Positions 56,698 through 64,000 of a DNA stretch of 64,000 nucleotides are shown in pieces. The DNA lies in assembly GCA_016787485.1 (NCBI GenBank), contig JAEUUL010000025.1, positions 496-64,495 on the forward strand. The letters are read 5' to 3'. The notes beneath the pieces were generated by a model. The model saw only the letters and a program-made list of their open reading frames with translations. It was not told where the DNA came from and did not search any database. Position 1 is the stretch's first letter; each line of letters begins with the position of its first letter. The translations under genes were made by a program, and so were the position numbers. Origin of the DNA: Bacteroidota bacterium (GTDB taxonomy: Bacteria > Bacteroidota > Bacteroidia > NS11-12g > UBA955).

Positions 56698-57561
56698 ATG
56701 CGCAGCATATTATTTTTATGGGCATTGGCTGGCAGTCAGTTACTGTGGTCACAGACAGATGTGGTGAGCCGCAGGATATCCGGTCCGCTGGTTATAGACG
56801 GATTGGCTACCGAATGGCCTCAGCCTTTTCCGTATTATGATGCCGAAACGCGTCTTCAGTTTGCCCTTGCCAACGACAGTCATAACCTGTATATCTGTTT
56901 TAAGACAGCAGATCCCTTGTTACAGGTGAAAATCAATCAGGCCGGCATGGAAACCGGCATACAGCAAAAAGGAAAAACCCGGCGCAATGCCATTGTAGAG
57001 TTTCCTTTTGTATTACAGGGTATGGAGCAGGACGCACTCGTGGGACCCGGAACGACAAAATTGCCAGACATACAATTGCTGCGGGATTATTACCTGTCTG
57101 ATGATTCGGTACTTTTTACCAGTGGATTTAACAAGTTAAACGGACTGCAGAGAAGAAGTGGTATCTGTGCTATCAAAGCAGCATTGAACTGGGATTCCAC
57201 CCAGGCTATGTATATCGAGTATTGCATACCGCTGGGTGAACTGGCCGACCCGAAAGACAAAAACTGGGCAGGAAAAGAGCTGTTGCTGAAAGTGGATGTT
57301 CATGCTCCGGAAAAACCCGGTGGTGAGACGACTGCGAACAACAATACCGGGAGTGGTATGACTTCACCGGGGATAGGAACAGGCAGTATAACAAATCCGA
57401 ATGATCCCACAAATCCGGGGGGGCTGGGCCGGAATGCCAACACAACAGGTCCAATGGGTGGAATGAACCCGGCTACCGCAAGTGCAAACCCGGTCACGGA
57501 AGCAGATAAGTTCTATATGGTGAAAAGTTTTCGTCAAAAGTTCAAACTCAGCCTGCCATAA
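56698..57561 (+). CDS. Secreted hypothetical protein with a C-terminal Gly/Met/Asn/Pro/Thr-rich low-complexity region
   Basis: Signal peptide MRSILFLWALAGSQLLWSQ. The tail is ...GGETTANNNTGSGMTSPGIGTGSITNPNDPTNPGGLGRNANTTGPMGGMNPATASANP. Confidence 0.4.
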   Translation: MRSILFLWALAGSQLLWSQTDVVSRRISGPLVIDGLATEWPQPFPYYDAETRLQFALANDSHNLYICFKTADPLLQVKINQAGMETGIQQKGKTRRNAIVEFPFVLQGMEQDALVGPGTTKLPDIQLLRDYYLSDDSVLFTSGFNKLNGLQRRSGICAIKAALNWDSTQAMYIEYCIPLGELADPKDKNWAGKELLLKVDVHAPEKPGGETTANNNTGSGMTSPGIGTGSITNPNDPTNPGGLGRNANTTGPMGGMNPATASANPVTEADKFYMVKSFRQKFKLSLP

Positions 57562-57676
57562 CCCTTTGTCGATGAATAAGTTTGTGCAAACGAATATTTG
57601 TCATTTTTCATGCCCGTTTTGAACCAATTCCCTGTTGCAGAGTCTTAATTTGAACTTTATTTCCATTTGCTCTTAC

Positions 57677-60538
57677 ATGTCTAAAATCAGTTTATCCAAT
57701 CTGTCCATTTTCATTCTCTGCCTGGTACCGGCAGCAATTCAGGCCCAGGAATCAAAAGTTTATGGCAGACTGGTGGCAGACAGCGGTATGGTTAAGCATC
57801 CGGTTCAGGTACAATTGCTCGATCCGGCAGATTCCGGGATACTCCAACAGGCTTTTACAGAGAATAATGGTTTGTTTTACTTTCGCCGGGTGGCAGGTAC
57901 CTATCTGCTTGCGGCGCAGGCTGAGGGTTTTTACGCATATTATTCCCGTTTACAGATAACGGACAGCACCCGTTTTATTCCCAATGTTGTCATGCGCCAC
58001 CTGGGCAGGAATACACTGGGTACGGCTGTGGTGGTGGGAAATGTTCCTCTTACACGCATCAAAGGAGATACCACCGAGTTCAATGCGGGTTCTGTTAAAA
58101 CCAGTGCAGACGCAACAGCAGAAGATTTGCTGGGCAAAATGCCCGGGGTTACCACCACCAACGGCAAATTGCAGGTACAAGGAGAGGAAGTGAAAAAGGT
58201 GACGGTGGACGGGCGTACTTTTTTTGGAGATGATCCCAGTGCTGCACTGAAGAATCTGCCGGCAGAGGTTATAGAAAAAGTGCAGGTATTCGACCGCAAA
58301 AGTGACCAGGCTTCATTTAGTGGCATGGACGATGGAAACTCCAGCAAGAGTCTCAATATTATTACCAAAATGCAATACCGTAATGGCACGTTTGGGCGGG
58401 CATTTGCCGGATATGGCAGTGATGAGAGGTATAAAGGCGGATTCTCGCTGAACAATTTTAAAGGCAACAGACGATTGACCCTTCTGGGGCAAATCAACAA
58501 TGTGAATGATCAGAATTTCAGCAGTGAGGATTTGCTGGGCGTAATGAGTGGCGGAGGTGGAATGGGCGGAATGGGCGGCGGAATGCGGGGAGGAAGCGGC
58601 GGTATGCGCGGTGGCAGTGGAAATTATGGAATGGGTGGCAACAATTTCAGCGTAGACCAGAAAAACGGCATATCTGAAACACAGGCCTTTGGACTCAATT
58701 TTCAAAACAAATGGAAGAAACTCGATTTCAGCGGCAGTTATTTTTTTAACCGAAGCAGCAACAATACCCTGGCAGAAACATACCGCACCTATATCACCAC
58801 AAGCAATTCGGGACTCCGGTACGACGAAAAGTCAGAATCCAGCAGTACAAACATGAACAACCGGTTGAATCTGCGTGCCGATTGGAAACTGGATTCATTT
58901 CAATCTCTGCTCATAAGCCTCAATGGCAGTATGCAGAACAACAAAAACGGAAATTCCGTATCCGGAAAAAATTATCTGCCGGCAGAAGTGCTGAGTACAA
59001 CAGCAAACGGGTATGAGAATCAATCCGACGGGTACAACCTGTCTGCCCCCATCCTATACCGCAGAAGTTTTCGCACTGCAGGCCGTACGTTTTCTTTAAA
59101 TGTAACGCCTGGAATGAGTCATTCCCTGGCCCGCACTGACTGGACCACCCTCACGCAATACGGAGCTGCCTCTGATACACAGTTGCAAAATGCAAAACAA
59201 CCCAAAGATGGCCGAAGCCTTTCCACCAATGCCAGCTGGACTGAGCCTCTGAGCAAAACCAGCATGCTTACAGTACAGGTAACGACCACGGATACACGCA
59301 ATCAGTCTGAAAAACGCACTTACCGGTTCGACGAACTTTCAGGAGAATACAGTCTGTTCGATACACTGCTGAGCAACTCTGTAAACAGCCATTATTCAGC
59401 GCGCAATGCGGGTCTGGGCTACAGATACAACAAGGACAAGTGGAATGTGAGTTTCAATTTGGCCGGACAACTGGCACGTCTTACAAACGACCAGGAGTTT
59501 CCCACCCAATATCAGTTGAACAAACCGTTTAAATCTGTGCTGCCCAGCGCCATGATTCAGTACAAGCTGAATGAAAACAGAAACATCCGATTGTTTTACC
59601 GCACAAACAACAATGCCCCAGGCATAGACCAACTGCAGAATGTGGTGAACAATACAAATGCCGTGCAATTGAGTACCGGAAATCTGGATTTAAAACAGGA
59701 TTATCAGCACAGCCTTTTTGCACGGTACAATGCGGCCAATAAACAGAAAAACACCTCCCTTTTCTGGATGGTAGCCGGTACCCTTACTCAGAATTATATT
59801 GGCAACAGTACCTTTATTGCATCGGCTGATACGGCTATATTGCCTGGTTTTGTACTGAAAAAAGGATCGCAATTGACACGACCGGTTAACATGGATGGCA
59901 ACAAAAGTCTTCGCACTTTTGCCAATTACAGTATACCGGTAACCCGTTTAAAAGTGAATCTGAATTTTAACGCCGGAATTACATGGAGCCGCACACCGGG
60001 CATGGTGAACAATGCAATGAATTATGCCAACAATACCGGCATGAATGGGGGATTTGTTGTGGCCAGCAACATCAGTGAAAAAATAGATTTTACAATTTCT
60101 TCCAATACTTCGTGGAACCTGATTGCAAATACCCTTCAAACACAATTGAACAGCAGGTATATCAACCAGAATACACGGGTGAAGTTTCAGATCAATCCAT
60201 GGAAGGGACTTGTGCTGGCCGCGGATATGAGTCATCAGTATTACAAAGGATTGTCTGGCAGTCTTACCCAGAATTATATGTTGCTCAACAGTGCGGTTGC
60301 ATGGAAATTCGGCACCAAAAAACTCACAGAACTGCGCTTCTATGCATTTGACCTTTTGCGCCAGAACAACAGCATCAGCCGCAATACAACAGAAACCTAT
60401 TATGAAGATGTGCAAACCCAGGTGTTGCGCAGGTACTATATGCTTACCCTTACCTGGAATTTCCGTGCATTCAAGTCCGGACAAAGTTTACCGTCGGGTC
60501 CTGCAGGCGGAAATATGCCACCCTGGCACAGGCCGTAA
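57677..60538 (+). CDS. Outer-membrane beta-barrel family protein (CarboxypepD_reg + plug-like N-terminus) with a Gly-Met-rich insert
   Basis: Signal peptide, VYGRLVADSGMVKHPVQVQLLD (CarboxypepD_reg-like), a plug-like region, then SGGGGMGGMGGGMRGGSGGMRGGSGNYGMGGNNF at ~58545-58650 and a long barrel. Confidence 0.65.
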   Translation: MSKISLSNLSIFILCLVPAAIQAQESKVYGRLVADSGMVKHPVQVQLLDPADSGILQQAFTENNGLFYFRRVAGTYLLAAQAEGFYAYYSRLQITDSTRFIPNVVMRHLGRNTLGTAVVVGNVPLTRIKGDTTEFNAGSVKTSADATAEDLLGKMPGVTTTNGKLQVQGEEVKKVTVDGRTFFGDDPSAALKNLPAEVIEKVQVFDRKSDQASFSGMDDGNSSKSLNIITKMQYRNGTFGRAFAGYGSDERYKGGFSLNNFKGNRRLTLLGQINNVNDQNFSSEDLLGVMSGGGGMGGMGGGMRGGSGGMRGGSGNYGMGGNNFSVDQKNGISETQAFGLNFQNKWKKLDFSGSYFFNRSSNNTLAETYRTYITTSNSGLRYDEKSESSSTNMNNRLNLRADWKLDSFQSLLISLNGSMQNNKNGNSVSGKNYLPAEVLSTTANGYENQSDGYNLSAPILYRRSFRTAGRTFSLNVTPGMSHSLARTDWTTLTQYGAASDTQLQNAKQPKDGRSLSTNASWTEPLSKTSMLTVQVTTTDTRNQSEKRTYRFDELSGEYSLFDTLLSNSVNSHYSARNAGLGYRYNKDKWNVSFNLAGQLARLTNDQEFPTQYQLNKPFKSVLPSAMIQYKLNENRNIRLFYRTNNNAPGIDQLQNVVNNTNAVQLSTGNLDLKQDYQHSLFARYNAANKQKNTSLFWMVAGTLTQNYIGNSTFIASADTAILPGFVLKKGSQLTRPVNMDGNKSLRTFANYSIPVTRLKVNLNFNAGITWSRTPGMVNNAMNYANNTGMNGGFVVASNISEKIDFTISSNTSWNLIANTLQTQLNSRYINQNTRVKFQINPWKGLVLAADMSHQYYKGLSGSLTQNYMLLNSAVAWKFGTKKLTELRFYAFDLLRQNNSISRNTTETYYEDVQTQVLRRYYMLTLTWNFRAFKSGQSLPSGPAGGNMPPWHRP

Positions 60539-60686
60539 ACGGGTCTGAATTCGACAGGTTATCCATTCTCTGAAGTCCACCGGGTCCTTTGTTTTCCAGA
60601 GGCAATGTCTCAAATGGTTCTGGCCAGTTGCAATGTAAAAGAATTGTTAATCGGCAGAACCTCTTTTCCGGTAAATTCGCAGCCCT

Positions 60687-62081
60687 GTGAGTAACCACAT
60701 AATTTTAGTCAGCACGGCAGAGCAACTGAGAGAGGCCAATCTCCCGGATGCGGTCAGGGCTTGTTTTGCTGCAAAATGGAATGCAGACGTTTGGTCATAT
60801 ACTTATACCGCTGCAGAAGGCAACTGGTACCTTGAAAAGGCCGGGAAACTGGAAGGCAATGAAGAGAAGGAGAGGCTTCGCAAGTCGGGTTCTTCTTTGT
60901 GCAAGTTGCTGCAGGCAGACAAAGCAGGTTCTGTCTTTCTTAGCAATCTTACAGGCAAACCGGAGGCAGGATTGTCTCTTGCAGAAGGCCTGTGGCTGAG
61001 CAATTATGCGTTTCACCGTTACCTGAAAGAGGACAAAAAGCCACATATTCTTTCAACACTGAACTATGAAGGTGCGGGCGCCAGAGAGTGGCCTGCACTG
61101 CAATTGGTGTGCGAAGCGGTATTCCGTACCCGCGATTTGGTGAATGAGCCGGTCAATCAGCTCAATGCCACAGGCCTTGCTGATGCATTTGTGAACATGG
61201 GTGCTGAAGCCGGATTTACGGTTGAAGTATGGAATGAGGCAAAAATAGAAAGCAACAAAATGGGGGGCTTGCTTGCAGTAAACAAAGGCAGTCAGGAGCC
61301 GCCTACATTCTCCATTATGGAATACAAACCGGCCAATGCAGTGAATGAAAAACCCATTGTACTGGTGGGCAAAGGTGTGGTATTTGATACCGGTGGACTT
61401 AGTCTGAAACCGACACCGCAGAGCATGGACCATATGAAATGCGATATGGCAGGCAGCGCCGTGGTGGCAGGAACCTTTTGGGCTGCGGCCCGACTCAAAC
61501 TGCCTGTGTGGCTCATAGGGCTGGTGCCGGCCACAGACAACCGCCCCGGAGAAAATGCCATATGCCCCGGAGATATCATCACCACCTATGATGGTACAAC
61601 CGTTGAAATTTTGAACACCGATGCTGAGGGGCGGCTGATTTTATGTGATGCGCTGGCCTTTGCCCGGAAATACGATCCCGAAGTGGTTTTTGATTTTGCA
61701 ACCCTTACAGGTGCAGCCGCCAGAGCACTGGGCGCATATGGCTCTGCTATGATGGGAACTGCCGGTACTGAAATAAAAGAGGCTGTCAAACTCGCTGGTG
61801 ATACTGTGTACGAACGGCTGGCAGAATTCCCGTTGTGGGAAGAATATTTCGAGGACACCAAAGGAGATATTTCCGATTTGAAAAACCTGGGCAAAGGTGA
61901 AGGCGGGGCGCAAAGCGCTGCTATGTTTTTACGCCATTTTACCCAATATCCCTGGTTGCATTTCGACATTGCCGGAACCGCATTTAACATGGCTGCAGAT
62001 CACTACAGACCCAAGGGAGGAACAGGAGTGGGAGTGCGGTTGATGATGGAATTTTTACAAAAAAGAGTCAATGGAAAATAA
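60687..62081 (+). CDS. pepA: Leucyl aminopeptidase (M17 family)
   Basis: NTDAEGRLILCDAL signature and M17 metal ligands (VGKGVVFDTGG...). Confidence 0.9.
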   Translation: MSNHIILVSTAEQLREANLPDAVRACFAAKWNADVWSYTYTAAEGNWYLEKAGKLEGNEEKERLRKSGSSLCKLLQADKAGSVFLSNLTGKPEAGLSLAEGLWLSNYAFHRYLKEDKKPHILSTLNYEGAGAREWPALQLVCEAVFRTRDLVNEPVNQLNATGLADAFVNMGAEAGFTVEVWNEAKIESNKMGGLLAVNKGSQEPPTFSIMEYKPANAVNEKPIVLVGKGVVFDTGGLSLKPTPQSMDHMKCDMAGSAVVAGTFWAAARLKLPVWLIGLVPATDNRPGENAICPGDIITTYDGTTVEILNTDAEGRLILCDALAFARKYDPEVVFDFATLTGAAARALGAYGSAMMGTAGTEIKEAVKLAGDTVYERLAEFPLWEEYFEDTKGDISDLKNLGKGEGGAQSAAMFLRHFTQYPWLHFDIAGTAFNMAADHYRPKGGTGVGVRLMMEFLQKRVNGK

Positions 62082-63141
62082 TTCAATAAAAATAGGAATT
62101 ACCCAGGGAGACCCCAACGGAGTAGGGCTCGATATCATCCTGCGCATTTTTGCCGATGCGCATATCTATAAGTATTGCACACCGGTTTTATATGCATCTC
62201 CCAAGGCTTTCAGCTACTACAAAAAGCAACTGAATTTGCAGGAACCGGTGTACCAGTTGGTGCGCACTGCAGCAGATGCAAAGCCCGGGAAATTCAATCT
62301 GGTTATCAGCAGTGAGGAAGGAATGGAAGTGAAGATGGGTGAAGCCTCTGCCGAGGCTGGCAAACAAGCACTGCTGGCGTTGGACAAAGCCCTGGAAGAT
62401 GCCCGTGCAGGCCATATAGAGGCCATTGTGACCGCACCATTGGATAAAAGCACGGTTGCGGTCCATTCGCCCGGATTTAGCGGTCATACGGGTTACATTG
62501 CAGAAAAACTTGGCAGTACAGATTATGCAATGATGTTGTTGTGCGAGGATCTGCGTGTGGCACTGGTAACGGAGCATGTACCCATTACACGCCTGGGAGA
62601 AAAACTCACTCAGCAGGCCATTGAGAACAAAATCCAAACTGTACACAGCAGTCTGGTAGAGGATTTTGGGATTACCCGTCCGAGGGTGGCAGTGTTGGGA
62701 CTGAATCCGCATGCCGGAGACAGCGGTTTGCTGGGTAGCGAAGAAAATACCCTGATTAAACCGGCCATTGAGAAAGTATTTGCTCGGCAAAAGCTTGTGT
62801 ATGGTCCTTACCCGGCCGATAGTTTCTTTGGCAGCGGCCAACACCGGCAGTTTGATGCTGTGATAGCCATGTACCATGATCAGGGCTTGATTCCATTCAA
62901 AACCTTTGCGTTTTATGACGGGGTTAATTTTACTGCTGGCCTTCCCGTGGTGCGCACCAGCCCTGACCATGGCACCGCTTATGACCTGGCAGGCAAGGGC
63001 ACAGCAGAAACCCTTTCTTTCCGCAATGCCATTTATGAAGCCATCCATATTGTGCGCACCCGCAAGCAATATGCTACGGATCATGAAAATCCCCTGCCAT
63101 TCTCAGAGTTGCGCCGGGAACGGTTCAGAATAGATTTTTAA
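62071..63141 (+). CDS. pdxA: 4-hydroxythreonine-4-phosphate dehydrogenase
   Basis: IKIGITQGDPNGVGLDIIL N-terminus and a conserved HTGY...NPHAGD core. It overlaps the pepA stop. Confidence 0.88.
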   Translation: MENNSIKIGITQGDPNGVGLDIILRIFADAHIYKYCTPVLYASPKAFSYYKKQLNLQEPVYQLVRTAADAKPGKFNLVISSEEGMEVKMGEASAEAGKQALLALDKALEDARAGHIEAIVTAPLDKSTVAVHSPGFSGHTGYIAEKLGSTDYAMMLLCEDLRVALVTEHVPITRLGEKLTQQAIENKIQTVHSSLVEDFGITRPRVAVLGLNPHAGDSGLLGSEENTLIKPAIEKVFARQKLVYGPYPADSFFGSGQHRQFDAVIAMYHDQGLIPFKTFAFYDGVNFTAGLPVVRTSPDHGTAYDLAGKGTAETLSFRNAIYEAIHIVRTRKQYATDHENPLPFSELRRERFRIDF

Positions 63142-63145
63142 GACA

Positions 63146-64000
63146 TCACTTTATTTGGCCCATCCACTGAATAATGGCTTCTGTCACTTTTGGATTCAGT
63201 GTTTCTTCCAGCAGGAAGTATTCATCCACTGTGCAGCGGCTGCAGCGTTGCATCAGATGATTCAGACCCGGAAAAACAATGTGCGCAGATGGCTTGGGCA
63301 GACTGACTGATGTAAATGCTTCAGTATTTGATTTTGCCTCTACTTGCTTGTCTTTTTCGCCAAAAAGGGCAAGGACCGGGCAGTTGAGTTTTTTCAAATC
63401 AGCGGCAGGGTTGTAGCTGAGCATGAATTTCCACCACTCAGTGTGAAATGCCAGATATTGATTACAAATGGCATCAGGATTGACAGTGCCTTGTTTCTCC
63501 AGCAATTTGGTTTTTCGGTGTTTGGCACCTGTTGCTTTCCACCTCGAAACGATGTCCGGAATGGTTTTGCAAAAGGCAGAATCAGATGAAATGGCAATGG
63601 CAGAATCCAGCAGTGCGGTGTGCAGAGACATGTAAAGGGGAATGTCCCTGTTGCTGATTCCCTGTTGTTTCAGTGCAATTTCGTTCTGATAGAGGTTGCA
63701 TGCGCGGCCACCAGAAAGGGGAGGAGCCAGTAATATCAAACCACGTACTTCATTGCGGTTAGCAGCAACCATTGGAGCTATGATACCGCCTTCACTGTGT
63801 CCGAGAAGAAAAAACCGGGTACTGTCTATATGCTTCTGCTTTTTTAAGAAATTGATGAAGAATGCAACATCATCAGCCAGCCTTGGGGTGTTTACCTGTA
63901 TATCATCCGGGTGGCAAAGGGTACTGCCTGCACCGCGGTCATCAGCCCTGAATACGGCATAACCCGCTTTGGTAAGTGCATCGGCCAGCACAGCAAATGG
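63146..64000 (-). CDS. Alpha/beta-hydrolase fold protein (GxSxG nucleophile elbow GHSEGG). The N-terminus probably lies beyond the window edge.
   Basis: The ORF is open to the window end and carries HSEGG and a catalytic-triad-like spacing. Confidence 0.55.
   Translation of the reverse strand, partial: PFAVLADALTKAGYAVFRADDRGAGSTLCHPDDIQVNTPRLADDVAFFINFLKKQKHIDSTRFFLLGHSEGGIIAPMVAANRNEVRGLILLAPPLSGGRACNLYQNEIALKQQGISNRDIPLYMSLHTALLDSAIAISSDSAFCKTIPDIVSRWKATGAKHRKTKLLEKQGTVNPDAICNQYLAFHTEWWKFMLSYNPAADLKKLNCPVLALFGEKDKQVEAKSNTEAFTSVSLPKPSAHIVFPGLNHLMQRCSRCTVDEYFLLEETLNPKVTEAIIQWMGQIK

Noticed and set aside
62188-63084. 298-aa minus-strand ORF inside pdxA
   Set aside because: It is antisense to the conserved pdxA and has no independent support.

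Overview
This window looks like a chromosomal segment from a Bacteroidota genome, probably Chitinophagaceae/Sphingobacteriia-like at about 50% GC. The evidence is several proteins with type-A T9SS C-terminal sorting domains, one with the type-B 'gliding motility' CTD, and an F-type ATP synthase operon (atpB-E-F-H-A-G) that lacks atpD and atpC, as is usual in this phylum. TAnnTTTG-like -7 promoter motifs, a LytS/LytTR two-component pair and many CarboxypepD_reg/plug-type outer-membrane barrels fit the same assignment. The housekeeping content is dense: mdh, rpmE, PBP1A, relA/spoT, an M20 dipeptidase, scoB, pepA, pdxA, a stomatin/NfeD pair, a CDF transporter and a bactofilin. No rRNA, tRNA or CRISPR array was recognisable by eye.

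Among these genes sit several uncharacterised modules that merit follow-up.
- A solitary COG1373/DUF4143 AAA+ ATPase is bracketed by roughly 50-bp direct repeats that each carry an internal CCGTTA...TAACGG palindrome.
- Four translationally coupled plus-strand genes run from 7560 to 13288: a T9SS cargo protein, an M48-like Zn-protease, a small outer-membrane barrel and a lipoprotein.
- Two paralogous membrane lipoproteins of an unrecognised family flank mdh.
- Six tightly packed minus-strand genes run from 42429 to 50812: a tandem double D-Ala-D-Ala-ligase-like ATP-grasp fusion, a PASTA protein, a T9SS cargo protein, a rhodanese, a secreted protein and a heptaheme c-type cytochrome fused to TPR repeats.
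- A 1771-aa PKD-rich adhesin with a type-B CTD has no PorP/SprF partner downstream. It is followed instead by a Gly/Met/Asn/Pro-rich secreted protein and an outer-membrane barrel with a Gly-Met-rich loop (MGGMGGGM...) that resembles copper-binding Met motifs.

Every call rests on reading the translations and the sequence by eye. No database search was run.
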